DNA of 64,000 nucleotides, from assembly GCA_963717045.1 (NCBI GenBank), contig CAVQVD010000010.1:342255-406254 (forward strand), read 5' to 3'. The translations under genes were made by a program, and so were the position numbers. Origin of the DNA: an uncultured delta proteobacterium. GTDB lineage: Bacteria; Desulfobacterota; Binatia; Binatales; Binataceae. The notes below the pieces were generated by a model. That model was not told the origin of the DNA and made no database searches. It was given only the letters and a program-made list of their open reading frames with translations. Positions 18,484-27,960 of the stretch are shown one piece after another; positions within the stretch are counted from its first letter, which is position 1, and each line of letters starts with the position of its first letter.

Positions 18484-19538
18484 GCGCGGCCAAGCCGAGC
18501 GCGCTTATCATCGCCGGCGGCCGTGGGACGCGTTTTTGGCCGGAGAGCCGCGCCTGGCGACCCAAGCCGCTGTTTTCGATCGACGGCCGCACTTCGTTGC
18601 TCGCCGACACTGTCGCGCGACTCGCGCCGGTGTCCGGGCGCGCGCGAACTTTCGTGCTGGTCTCGGCCGACCAGCGAGCGATCTTCCGCAAGGCGCTCCG
18701 CGGCGTCATCCCGCCTGCGAATCTAATCGTCGAGCCGAGCGCGCGCGGCACCGCAGTCGCAATCGCGTACGGATGCGCGACCATCGCACATCGAATAGGT
18801 CCTGGCGTGGTCGCCGTGATGCCGGCCGACCATTACATCACGCCGCCCATCGCGTTTCGCCGCACGCTCGGCGACGCAATTGAGCTTGCCGCCACACGCC
18901 ATGCAGTAGTCGTAATCGGCATCGTCCCCGATCGTCCCGAGCCCGGCTACGGCTACCAGGAAATCGGACGCCGGGTGGGGCGCGGCTTCGAAGTCGCGCG
19001 CTTTATCGAGAAGCCGCCGCTCGAGGCGGCGCGCCGGATGGTGGCGTCGGGAAAGTTTTTGTGGAACGCCGGGATGTTCGTGATGGATGTCGCGACGCTG
19101 ACCTCCGAGCTCGACCAGCACGCTCCAGGCCTCGCAGGCGCGATGCGCGAATTCGCCGGGGCATCGGCGTCCAAGGTCGCGCGCATCTACCGAGGGCTCG
19201 AGTTCGGGGCGTTCGACCGGGTGGTGGCTGAGAAGAGTCGCAACGTGCTGAGTGTGCGCGCGCGCTTTCGATGGCACGACGTCGGGAGCTGGGAGGGGCT
19301 CTGGGAGGCGCTCCGCGGGCGCGAATCCAACGTGGTCAAGGGCGAGGTAGTCGCCCTCGATAGCGAGGGGGTGTTGGCGCGTGGCGCCAAGGGGCGCCTG
19401 ATGGTCTTGCTGGGCGTGAAAGACTTGGTCGCGGTGGACACCGGCGACGCACTGCTGATTGCCAGCCGCAAAAGCTCGCAGGATCTCCGCCGCGTAGTTG
19501 ACGAACTCGCCGGCCGCCGCCTCGATCGTTACTTGTAG
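18480..19538 (+). CDS. mannose-1-phosphate guanylyltransferase (NDP-sugar pyrophosphorylase)
   Basis: LIIAGGRGTRFWPESR is the nucleotidyltransferase N-terminus. The GTG start overlaps the PMM stop. Confidence 0.8.
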   Translation: MSAAKPSALIIAGGRGTRFWPESRAWRPKPLFSIDGRTSLLADTVARLAPVSGRARTFVLVSADQRAIFRKALRGVIPPANLIVEPSARGTAVAIAYGCATIAHRIGPGVVAVMPADHYITPPIAFRRTLGDAIELAATRHAVVVIGIVPDRPEPGYGYQEIGRRVGRGFEVARFIEKPPLEAARRMVASGKFLWNAGMFVMDVATLTSELDQHAPGLAGAMREFAGASASKVARIYRGLEFGAFDRVVAEKSRNVLSVRARFRWHDVGSWEGLWEALRGRESNVVKGEVVALDSEGVLARGAKGRLMVLLGVKDLVAVDTGDALLIASRKSSQDLRRVVDELAGRRLDRYL

Positions 19539-19631
19539 CCGCGGCTCTCTTTTTTCCTGTACGTTTCGATCGCCGATGCGCTAGCATTGCGCGCACCGAC
19601 CCCCTAGCGAGCGTCATGAGGGCGGCACGAG

Positions 19632-20177
19632 GTGAGCATCGTGAAAATGAAAGAACTGCGGCGAGTCGTAACCGGCATCGACGCCTCCGGAAAATCCTAT
19701 GTTGCGATCGACGGGCCGGGCGCCGGCATCGTAGAGGAGGCCGGCGCCGGACTGGCCGAGGTTTGGGTCACTGACGCAACTCCGGCCGATAACGCGGCCA
19801 AGGGCGATGCGGCCGAGTGGAAGATGCGGCTGGAGCCGCCGGCTGGCGGCAGCGTCTTTCGCTTCTTCATGCTGGCGCCCGAAGACAAAGCGCTCTCGGC
19901 GCGCGAGCTGGAAGAGCGAAGCGCTGCGATGTTCGCGGCGATCGGCGGCGCGCATTGCCGTGTCGATACGAAGCGTCATCCGAGCATGCACACGACGCGC
20001 ACGATCGATTACGTAATCCTGCTCTCGGGCCACGTTACCTTGCTGCTCGACAAGGGCGAGGTCGACCTTAAGCCCTTCGACGTGGTGGTTCAGCGCGGCA
20101 CCAATCACTCCTGGGTCAATCGCGGCCCTGAGCCGGCGCTGTTCGCAGCCGTGCTGATCGACGCCAAGCCGCTCTGA
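19632..20177 (+). CDS. cupin domain protein
   Basis: 181 aa. The C-terminal beta-barrel pattern (ILLSGHVTLLLDKGEVDLKPFDVVVQRGTNHSW) is cupin-like. Confidence 0.5.
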   Translation: MSIVKMKELRRVVTGIDASGKSYVAIDGPGAGIVEEAGAGLAEVWVTDATPADNAAKGDAAEWKMRLEPPAGGSVFRFFMLAPEDKALSARELEERSAAMFAAIGGAHCRVDTKRHPSMHTTRTIDYVILLSGHVTLLLDKGEVDLKPFDVVVQRGTNHSWVNRGPEPALFAAVLIDAKPL

Positions 20178-20214
20178 GAGCTGTCGCGAACCCAAACAGA
20201 GGGGCGCGGCGATT

Positions 20215-20691
20215 TCAGTCGAGAGCCTGCGGGTCGCACTTCAGCGCGAGCTCGCGCAGTTCGCCGAGACTGCGATCGTCCTCGAGCGCTATCATGCGCA
20301 GACGCGCCGCAAAAGTCGGGTCGATTCCTTCCCAATGAAGCGCCTGCTGGTTCGTCTCGCGTGAAAGCTCGAGCATCAGCGCAAGGTCGCCACTCACGCG
20401 CGCCCAATTGCTCGGACCCTCGGCGTCCGGCGAGCGCGGCAATCTCGACCATACATGGCGCTCACGGAGGAGAGCGTCAAGCGTGCGGGCATGCTGGAGC
20501 TGGCGTGCCGCAAGCGCGTTAAGTGCCGCGGCAATATTAGGATAAGCGCAAAGCCCGGCGTGGCGCGCCAGGCGGTCGGCCAGTTCCTGATGACGGCCGG
20601 CGATGTCTGCCAGCTTAGCGAGCAGTGGTTCATCGGATGGAGGCGCGGTCCATATTCGTTGCAAAATTCCCATCAGTCTTCCCATTTTCAA
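20215..20691 (-). CDS. hypothetical protein
   Basis: 158 aa with no recognisable motifs. It overlaps the upstream HExxH gene by 4 nt. Confidence 0.4.
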   Translation of the reverse strand: MKMGRLMGILQRIWTAPPSDEPLLAKLADIAGRHQELADRLARHAGLCAYPNIAAALNALAARQLQHARTLDALLRERHVWSRLPRSPDAEGPSNWARVSGDLALMLELSRETNQQALHWEGIDPTFAARLRMIALEDDRSLGELRELALKCDPQALD

Positions 20692-21326
20692 ATTTGTTCG
20701 GCGTCGTAGCCGGACGGGAAGACCGCGCGCACCAGGAACGATTCACGTTTGAAGAAGCCGCGCGTATGGTAGGAGTTGCCGAGCCGCAACAGGGCGTAAT
20801 CGAAGTAGTGGGCCAGCTCGTGCATCAACGTGCGCAGAAAAGTTTTGGGCTTGACCACGTCGTGGCGCAGTGCCGTGCGCGTCCACAACACGATGCGCGG
20901 CTTGTCGGGATAGAAGATCCCGTGAAGCTCGCCGCGCGCGTTGCGCGGCCGTACTCCTTTGACTTCAATCGGCACGATGCGCACGCCGAGCAGCCGGCAT
21001 AGCTCGGCCACCAGCGCTTGCGCCGCGCGTCCCGTGCCCGTGACGCTGCCGCTCGCGAGCGCCGCGATCAGCACCTCGGCGAGCGCGAGCGCATTGGGCC
21101 CGACTACAAGGTCGAAGGTGTCGATCGCATCGCTGCGCAGGTAAACCTTCTGGTCGCGGGGCGCGAGCCGATAGAAAAAGCCCGGCAATGCGCCGTTGCC
21201 GCGCGCGTCTGTGCCGCGCGCCGGCGCGGTGCGCGAGCGGGGCTGAGTCGCGGGATGGCTTCGACGGGTTTTCAATCTGTGCCTCGCAACGTCGCCTCGC
21301 AATATACGCCTCGGCTCTCCTATCAT
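20688..21326 (-). CDS. putative metal-dependent hydrolase (HExxH, YgjP/SprT-like)
   Basis: The LMHELAHYFDY...YHTRGFFKRESF motif is present. The start is trimmed to M42 to avoid overlap with the opposite-strand gene. Confidence 0.4.
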   Translation of the reverse strand: MIGEPRRILRGDVARHRLKTRRSHPATQPRSRTAPARGTDARGNGALPGFFYRLAPRDQKVYLRSDAIDTFDLVVGPNALALAEVLIAALASGSVTGTGRAAQALVAELCRLLGVRIVPIEVKGVRPRNARGELHGIFYPDKPRIVLWTRTALRHDVVKPKTFLRTLMHELAHYFDYALLRLGNSYHTRGFFKRESFLVRAVFPSGYDAEQI

Positions 21327-21375
21327 TGGGCAAACCGTCGTGGACCCGATAACGAATAGCGGAGAACGCAGACCT

Positions 21376-21861
21376 ATGGAACTCAGTGCGATCGAAATCG
21401 TCAAACCGGCCGACTCCAACCTGATCATCGGGCAGGCCCACTTCATCAAGACTATCGAAGATCTCTACGAAGCCGTGGTTGGAGCTGTGCCCGCGGTGAA
21501 GTTTGGCGTGGCCTTTTGCGAGGCCTCGGGGCCGTGTCTCATTCGCCACACCGGAACCGATGCCGAACTGGAAGCCGCCGCAGTACGTGCGGCCAAGGCG
21601 ATCGGCGCGGGACACGTGTTCGTGATCATGCTCGGCAACGCCTTTCCGATAAACGTGCTCAACCAGGTGAAGGCGGTCGCCGAGGTATGCTCGATCTTTT
21701 GCGCCACGGCCAATGAGGTGCGCGTGGTCGTGGCCGCAGACGGCGGCGGAGCGCGCGGCGTGATGGGCGTGATCGATGGCGCCCCTCCTAAGGGAGTCGA
21801 AGGCGAGCAAGAGCAGGTCGAACGGCGTGCGATGCTGCGACGATTCGGCTACAAGCAGTAG
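21376..21861 (+). CDS. adenosine-specific kinase family (PF04008-like) protein
   Basis: LIIGQAHFIKTIEDLYEAV...VKFGVAFCEASGPCLIRH matches my recollection of the PF04008 family. Confidence 0.5.
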   Translation: MELSAIEIVKPADSNLIIGQAHFIKTIEDLYEAVVGAVPAVKFGVAFCEASGPCLIRHTGTDAELEAAAVRAAKAIGAGHVFVIMLGNAFPINVLNQVKAVAEVCSIFCATANEVRVVVAADGGGARGVMGVIDGAPPKGVEGEQEQVERRAMLRRFGYKQ

Positions 21862-21951
21862 CGATCGCCCGCGGGTCGCTGGAATCGGTGCTCGCGGGCC
21901 ACTACGCTCTAGTGAGACTGGGATCGGAGTGCCGGGAAAATCGGAGAACCG

Positions 21952-23907
21952 ATGAATCGAGCCACCACGTCGGCGCAGGACGCGAAGACAAAACCGCGCT
22001 CGCGCGAGCCCTGGATCATCAGGACTTATGCCGGTTTCGGCGACGCTCATCAGGCCAATCGCCGCTTTTTGGAGAACTTAAGCCGCGGCCAGCGCGGTCT
22101 CTCGATCGCTTTCGATCTGCCCACGCAAAACGGTTACGACCCTGACGCGCCGATCGCCGCGGGCGAGGTCGGGAAGGCCGGCGTGTCGATCTGCCACTGG
22201 AGCGACATGGAGGAGTTGCTCGCCGGAATCGACCTCGGCGCGATCAACACCTCGATGACGATCAACGCGACCGCGCCCTTTCTGCTTGCGCTCTATCTGG
22301 TGGTCGCCGAGAAGCGCGGGGTGCCGTGGACGGAGCTGCGGGGCACCACGCAGAACGATCTGCTGAAGGAGTTCGTCGCGCGCGGCACCTCGATTTTCCA
22401 TCCCGAGGTCTCTTTCCGCATCTCGACCGAGCTCATCGGCTTTGCGGTCGAGCGCGTGCCCAACTGGAACCCGATCAACTGCTGCGGTTACCACTACATG
22501 GAAAGCGGCGCCGGCCCAGCCGAGGAAATCGGCTACACCTTCGGCAACGCGTTGATGATTCTCGACGCGCTGCGACCGCGCGTCTCGCCCGAGGCCTTCG
22601 AGCAGACGGTGCGGCGCATCTCATTCTTCATCAACAGCGGCATCGAACTGGTGCCCGAGATCTGCAAGGTGCGCGCATATTTCAGCTTGTGGCGCGAGCT
22701 TTGCCGCGACGAATACGGTATCGATGATGTCGCCTTTCGTGCCGGGTGTCAGGTGCGTTCGCTGACGCTCACCGAGCGTCAGCCCGAGCTCAACATCATT
22801 CGCATCGCCTACGAAGCGTTGCCGGTGGTGATCTCGGCGGCCGCCCGCGTCAACGCCCTGCAGCTCCCCGGCTTTCGCGAGGCGATGGCATTGCCCGACC
22901 AGGCCGAACAGGCGCTCAGCCTGCGCACGCAGCAGATCCTGATGCACGAGACCGGACTCGCCGAGTGGGGCGACATCTTCGAAGGCAGCAAGGTGGTCGA
23001 GAAACTGACCGGCGAGATTGCGGATCGCGCGCGCGCAATCGCGCTTTCACTTCGCACCGCGGGCTACTCGCGCGCGATCGCCACTGTCGGCGGGGAGCTG
23101 ACGCGCCTGCTCGCCGAGCGGCAGCGCAGGCTCGCGAGCGGCGAGCTGGTGCAGGTCGGGGTTAACGCGTTTCTCGGCGAGATTGGTCTCACCGGCCCGG
23201 GCGCGGAGGTCGACGATGCGCCGCAGCTCGCGGCGGCCGAGCGCGAGCGGATCGAATCGCTCATCCAATGGCGCCGCGAGCGCGACACTCGCAACGCCGA
23301 CGCGGTCGCCCAAGCACGCGAAGCGCTGGAGCGCGCCGCCGCAAGCGGTACCGGCGTGATGGAGCCGACGCTCGACCTCGCACGCGCCGGCGGCACAGTC
23401 GGCGAATGGACCGCCACTATCGAGCGCGGCACCAACGGTCGCTACACGCCGCCCGTGCTCGATCGCACGATGACGCTCGCTTCGCTTAGCGTACCCCGCG
23501 CGCCGAGGCGTATCCGTATCGCGCTCGGTAAGGCTGGATTGGACGGCCATATCAACGCGGTCAAGCTGCTAGCGCACGCCTGCATGCAGGCCGGGATGGA
23601 AGTGATCCTGGCCGGCTTCAAGCAGACCCCCGCACAGATGGTCGAGACCGCGCTGCAGGAAGATGCCGAGGTGTTGGCGATAAGCTCGCTCGCCGGCGCC
23701 CATCTTGCGATCGCCCGCGAGACGATAGCGCTGCTCAAGGAACATGATGCGACAGACGTGAGGTTGGTGATGGGCGGAGTGATTCCCAGCCGTGACCGAC
23801 AGGCTTTGCTCGAGATGGGGGTGCGGGCGGTATTCACGCCAAAGGATTCCGACCTCGGCGAGATCGTGCGGCGGATTATCGAAGTGTGCGACGGCGCGGC
23901 GCAATGA
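21952..23907 (+). CDS. methylmalonyl-CoA mutase family protein (catalytic TIM-barrel plus C-terminal B12-binding domain)
   Basis: 651 aa. The mutase core RTYAGFG...GLSIAFDLPTQNGYDPD is present. The C-terminal IALGKAGLDGHINAVKLLA...GVRAVFTP is a cobalamin-binding Rossmann domain. Confidence 0.85.
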   Translation: MNRATTSAQDAKTKPRSREPWIIRTYAGFGDAHQANRRFLENLSRGQRGLSIAFDLPTQNGYDPDAPIAAGEVGKAGVSICHWSDMEELLAGIDLGAINTSMTINATAPFLLALYLVVAEKRGVPWTELRGTTQNDLLKEFVARGTSIFHPEVSFRISTELIGFAVERVPNWNPINCCGYHYMESGAGPAEEIGYTFGNALMILDALRPRVSPEAFEQTVRRISFFINSGIELVPEICKVRAYFSLWRELCRDEYGIDDVAFRAGCQVRSLTLTERQPELNIIRIAYEALPVVISAAARVNALQLPGFREAMALPDQAEQALSLRTQQILMHETGLAEWGDIFEGSKVVEKLTGEIADRARAIALSLRTAGYSRAIATVGGELTRLLAERQRRLASGELVQVGVNAFLGEIGLTGPGAEVDDAPQLAAAERERIESLIQWRRERDTRNADAVAQAREALERAAASGTGVMEPTLDLARAGGTVGEWTATIERGTNGRYTPPVLDRTMTLASLSVPRAPRRIRIALGKAGLDGHINAVKLLAHACMQAGMEVILAGFKQTPAQMVETALQEDAEVLAISSLAGAHLAIARETIALLKEHDATDVRLVMGGVIPSRDRQALLEMGVRAVFTPKDSDLGEIVRRIIEVCDGAAQ

Positions 23908-23948
23908 ACTCCGGCCTCGGACGCGCGGACTGGGAAAAAAGGAGTGCT

Positions 23949-24416
23949 ATGAAGATCGGGCATCTGATATTTGCCGCAAGCTGTGGAATCGTACTCGCCG
24001 CCGCGGCGCTGCCGGCGCTGGCAGCCGAGGCACGTCCATGGCTCTGCCGCTCGAAGCCGGTCTTCTCATCGACTTCGGCGATGAAGTACCAGGTAGTCAA
24101 TCACAGTGGCTCGCGCTGGGACTTGCTATTGATGCAATTCGAAATGGGCAGCGCGCACGACGGGTACGAGATCGTTGCTTCGCAGGAGTTGCCGGCGGGC
24201 GCCGGACAGGCCAGCGGCACGCTATCGCCCGGCCGCTACTTTGCGGTCGCAATGTATCGTGGCGCGGGAGGACGCTGGATCTGCCCTGGCTACGCCGAGG
24301 ACCGCGAGCGCCCCGCCGGCGCGGTCAGCCGGATCTGTTACGGCGAGGACTCGCCGGGCTGCCCGGTGGCGCTGACCGTTCTTTCAGGCGCTCCCGCGGG
24401 CGCGACTTCTCACTAA
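23949..24416 (+). CDS. secreted hypothetical protein (4 Cys)
   Basis: Signal peptide MKIGHLIFAASCGIVLAAAALPALAAEA. No recognisable family. Confidence 0.45.
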   Translation: MKIGHLIFAASCGIVLAAAALPALAAEARPWLCRSKPVFSSTSAMKYQVVNHSGSRWDLLLMQFEMGSAHDGYEIVASQELPAGAGQASGTLSPGRYFAVAMYRGAGGRWICPGYAEDRERPAGAVSRICYGEDSPGCPVALTVLSGAPAGATSH

Positions 24417-24453
24417 TTAAGGGCGAAACGGCCGCATAGCGGCAGCGGATGAA

Positions 24454-24529
24454 TGGAGGCGGCGGGCGGATTCGAACCGCCGAATCGAGGTTTTGCAGAC
24501 CTCTCCCTTAACCACTTGGGTACGCCGCC
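24454..24529 (-). tRNA. tRNA-Cys (GCA), CCA encoded
   Basis: The reverse complement reads GGCGGCGTACCCAAGTGGTTAAGGGAGAGGTCTGCAAAACCTCGATTCGGCGGTTCGAATCCGCCCGCCGCCTCCA. It has a 7-bp acceptor stem, a T-loop TTCGAAT and the anticodon GCA. Confidence 0.9.
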
Positions 24530-24691
24530 CCTGCGCCTGCGATTCTAGCGGAGCGGAAACCCTAACACACGCAAAGCGGCGCGGCAATTTGGGTTGCGGA
24601 TGCGAACCCGCATCGCGACCGATTCCGTCGGGTCGCGAACCAACCTATTTGCCGCGACAATAAACAGCAGAGGGTGTCTCGCGGCAATTCT

Positions 24692-25195
24692 TCATTCCAG
24701 TTCCATCCGGGTGGCGGTGAATGTTGCCGGACCGCTGCCGAGCACCTTCCCATTGGGATCGGTTTCGGTTGCGAGAGCATTTCCTGTAAATGTGTCGCCG
24801 GTCACTTTGATGGTGTATGTCACAATAAGAATGCTGACGAATTGATGCGTCGCCCGGTCGGCGTTGTACTCTTTGAATATGCCCTTGACCTTGTTACGTC
24901 CAACGCTCTTCCATACGCCCTCGCCATCTGAATCGCTGGTGTTAGGATCTCCAGCGTCCGGGTTCGCTGACAGAAAGGTATGGTCTGAGTGAAACGTGAA
25001 CAGGTGGGGTCCGAAAGGAGCGCCTCCGACATTGACTTCCCAAACTCCCACCACCGGGTTGAAGTCTTCGAATCCACCGGTTGCATTTGCGACGCTGCGC
25101 GAGAACGGAGCAGTCACGAAGCCGGCGGCGCACGCAATCAGAATAACCGTGCCGATTATGAACGCGAGACGACTGAGCGATATCCTCCGGACCAT
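24692..25195 (-). CDS. secreted hypothetical protein in locally lower-GC DNA
   Basis: 167 aa with an N-terminal TM/signal sequence (LAFIIGTVILIACAAGFV). The DNA is AT-richer than its surroundings. A 9-bp inverted repeat (ttgccgcga/tcgcggcaa) immediately downstream is terminator-like. Confidence 0.45.
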   Translation of the reverse strand: MVRRISLSRLAFIIGTVILIACAAGFVTAPFSRSVANATGGFEDFNPVVGVWEVNVGGAPFGPHLFTFHSDHTFLSANPDAGDPNTSDSDGEGVWKSVGRNKVKGIFKEYNADRATHQFVSILIVTYTIKVTGDTFTGNALATETDPNGKVLGSGPATFTATRMELE

Positions 25196-25567
25196 GGGAC
25201 GATCTCCTCTTTTTCAGTACGTTGCGTGGGGTTCGGGCTTCATTGCTCTGACATTGTTGGCTAGGATCGTCAACTCACCTGCTACCACCGCTGCGTGGGC
25301 CGGCGGAATCGCGCATTTCGAAGCGTGCGCTCGGCAACGCGCGGGCGTTTAATTCTCGCGAGAGCCGCTGATTGACACCGAACGACGATTCTGCGGCAAT
25401 ATGCGCCGAGGGAGAAGCGGCATCTCTCAAGCCGCTGCCCGACGATCTCGAGTCCGCCGATCAATTGCGCGAAGACAAGTTCTACCGCTTCAACCAGAGC
25501 CTTCAGGAACTGTTCAATCTGGCCGCGCAGTTGCCAGCCGATTGATTTTCGCGAACACTGAAGCGGC

Positions 25568-25789
25568 ATGGAACCAGCCGTCACGCGGGCTGAAAAGAGC
25601 CGGCGCGAACACAAAACCCTGATCTTCTTTCTGGTCGCGCTCGAAGGGCTGGCGATTGCCCTGTTGACCGCGGGGATCGCGATCGACAACGATTCCTTGA
25701 GGGTGGCGTCCTACGCGCTGGGAATGCCGGTCACCTTCGCCCTGCTCGGTAATATCGGCCTTTACCTGAGCTGGTCGGACAAAAAGTAG
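25568..25789 (+). CDS. small 2-TM hypothetical membrane protein
   Basis: 73 aa with two hydrophobic helices. Weak support. Confidence 0.25.
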   Translation: MEPAVTRAEKSRREHKTLIFFLVALEGLAIALLTAGIAIDNDSLRVASYALGMPVTFALLGNIGLYLSWSDKK

Positions 25790-25811
25790 CCCGGCAACTC
25801 TGTACCGATCG

Positions 25812-26930
25812 CTAGAGCGTGCGCTTCACGGTCATGCTTGCGATCACCAACATGATCGCGGTGAAGATGACCAGGAATGCGAGGTCGTTCGCGATCGCGG
25901 CGAAGTTCGCCCCTTTGAACAGGATCGATTTCAGTGCGCTCACCGCGTGAGTTTCAGGATTGTAGTGCGCGAAAGTCCGCAGCCACGGCGGAAAGCTCTC
26001 GATCGGATAAATGGCGCCGCTCGGGAAAAACAGGATGACGTTGAGAAAGCCGGCCGATGCGCCCACCACGCGTGGATTGTTCGCGCGCGCCAGCAGAACG
26101 AAGGTCATCCCGAGGATCCCGGTCGCCCCGATGACGATCACGCCGACCAACATCGCGGCCGCCGGCGCGCCGCCGGCGATCGTTCCGCCGGTTAACAGCA
26201 ATCCAACCGCCAGCACGATGATCGATGCGACGCTGGTCACCAGCACGCTCGAACCCAGCACTCCAGCGGCCAGGTTCCAGCGCGACAGCGGCGTCACCAG
26301 GTAGCACTCCGTGATCCCCATGAAGCGGTCCATCACCCAGTTGAACACGCCCGAGGTCAGCGAACCCATGAACAGCGCCATCACGATCACGCCCGGAATC
26401 AACGAGCGATCGTAATCGACGGTGGTAAAGAGATTGCTCGGGCGGATCACGATCTGGTCGAGTTTTGGCTCGCGCGCGGTGACGTAGCCGGCGCGGATCG
26501 AAGCGGTCGCCTGGCTGAACACGCCTGTCAATGTCGCCGCGCTGATGCTGTCGACGTTGTCGGTGAACAATCCCAGCTCGCCGATGCGACCTTCGGCAAT
26601 ACTGTGGCTGAAGCCGGGCGGAATAATCAGTGCGGCTTTGTAGACGCCGTCGCGCACGCCCTTTAGCGCCGCGCCCGCGTCGCTGTTGTAAGTGATGGCG
26701 ATGGTTTTGGGGCCGGCGGCCAGCGCCTGCATCTGCTCCATCACACGGATCGCATACGGGCCGTTGTCCTGGCTGACGATCACGACCGGCAGATGCTTGA
26801 GCACGCCCTGGAACGAATTGCCAAAAATGATCAGGTAGATGATCGGCAGCAGCACGCTGGTGAAGACGGTAAGCGGGTTGCGCCCTAGCTTGAGCAGGTC
26901 GCGCCGCATTATCGACCACGTTTTTCTCAT
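25812..26930 (-). CDS. ABC-2 type transporter permease
   Basis: The start MRKTWSIMRRDLLKLGRNPLTVFTSVLLPIIYL begins 14 nt after the ATPase stop. Six TM helices. The upstream extension of the ORF overlaps the ATPase gene and is rejected. Confidence 0.8.
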   Translation of the reverse strand: MRKTWSIMRRDLLKLGRNPLTVFTSVLLPIIYLIIFGNSFQGVLKHLPVVIVSQDNGPYAIRVMEQMQALAAGPKTIAITYNSDAGAALKGVRDGVYKAALIIPPGFSHSIAEGRIGELGLFTDNVDSISAATLTGVFSQATASIRAGYVTAREPKLDQIVIRPSNLFTTVDYDRSLIPGVIVMALFMGSLTSGVFNWVMDRFMGITECYLVTPLSRWNLAAGVLGSSVLVTSVASIIVLAVGLLLTGGTIAGGAPAAAMLVGVIVIGATGILGMTFVLLARANNPRVVGASAGFLNVILFFPSGAIYPIESFPPWLRTFAHYNPETHAVSALKSILFKGANFAAIANDLAFLVIFTAIMLVIASMTVKRTL

Positions 26931-26943
26931 CGCCGAGCCTCCG

Positions 26944-27960
26944 TCAGCGTCCCGGCGGCATCGGCATCCCGAAGCTCGAGCTGAAGAAGCCGCCCTTGCG
27001 CGCCGGTTCGTCGCGCAACCGCCGTCCGGTGAAGCGAATGAAGACATCCTCGAGCGACATGCGCTCGAGCTTGATCGAGGAAACCGTGGCGCCGGAGTTT
27101 TCGATTTCGCCGATAAGCCTCGGCATCGCATGCGCGCCGTCGTCGGCGAGGACGACAATTGGCCCGTCGGGATCGCGGGTAACTTCGTGAACGCCGGGCT
27201 GTCCGTGCAGCATTGCGACAATCTTTTCGGCGTCGCCGGTCACCTCGAGCTCGATCCGGTCCGAGCCCTTGACCATCGCTTTGAGCTCGGCGGGCGTTCC
27301 GATCGCGATGATCTTGCCGCCGTCGACGATCGCAATCCGATCGCACAGCGTTTCCGCCTCGTCCATGTAATGCGTAGTGAGCGAAATGGTGAGCCCGGTG
27401 TCGCGCCGCAACTGTTCGAGCAAATCCCACACGGCGCGCCGGCTCTGCGGGTCAAGTCCGATGGTCGGTTCGTCGAGGAACAATACCTCAGGCGAGTGGA
27501 TCAGGCCGCGCGCGATTTCGAGCCGCCGGCGCATCCCGCCCGAGTAGGTCTGCACGAGATCGTTGGCGCGTTCGGTCAGGCCCACCATGTGGATCAGATG
27601 CTGCGCCCTCTCGCGCCTCGCGCGCCGGCCCATATTGTAGAAGCCGCCGTAGATGTCGACGTTCTCCCATCCGGTGAGATCGAGGTCGGAGGTAAGCGCC
27701 TGCGGAATCACGCCGATTGCTTCGCGCACGCGCACCGGGTCGCGGGCGACGTCGAAACCAGCGACGATGCCTTGTCCCGAGGTCGGCACGATAAGCGTCG
27801 TCAGCATCCGGCTGAGCGTGGTCTTGCCCGCGCCGTTCGGCCCCAGCAGGCCGAACAATTCGCCGCGCCGCACCTCGAAACTTACGTGGTCGACGGCAGT
27901 GAAGGCGCCAAAGCGTTTAGTGATCTCGCGCGCCTGTATTGCTGCTGATTGCGATTCCAT
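26944..27960 (-). CDS. ABC transporter ATP-binding protein
   Basis: Walker A GPNGAGKTT, the signature LSGGMRRRL and Walker B LLFLDEPT are present. The start MESQ overlaps the HlyD 3' end by 44 nt. Confidence 0.85.
   Translation of the reverse strand: MESQSAAIQAREITKRFGAFTAVDHVSFEVRRGELFGLLGPNGAGKTTLSRMLTTLIVPTSGQGIVAGFDVARDPVRVREAIGVIPQALTSDLDLTGWENVDIYGGFYNMGRRARRERAQHLIHMVGLTERANDLVQTYSGGMRRRLEIARGLIHSPEVLFLDEPTIGLDPQSRRAVWDLLEQLRRDTGLTISLTTHYMDEAETLCDRIAIVDGGKIIAIGTPAELKAMVKGSDRIELEVTGDAEKIVAMLHGQPGVHEVTRDPDGPIVVLADDGAHAMPRLIGEIENSGATVSSIKLERMSLEDVFIRFTGRRLRDEPARKGGFFSSSFGMPMPPGR

Noticed and set aside
25371-25520. About 50-codon open frame ending ...FNQSLQELFNLAAQLPAD in the intergenic region before 25568
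   Set aside because: It has no ATG or GTG start (only TTG) and no RBS, and it is too short to support.
26931-27221. 97-codon N-terminal extension of the ABC-2 permease ORF
   Set aside because: It overlaps the upstream ATPase gene out of frame. The permease core begins at MRKTW, 14 nt after the ATPase stop.
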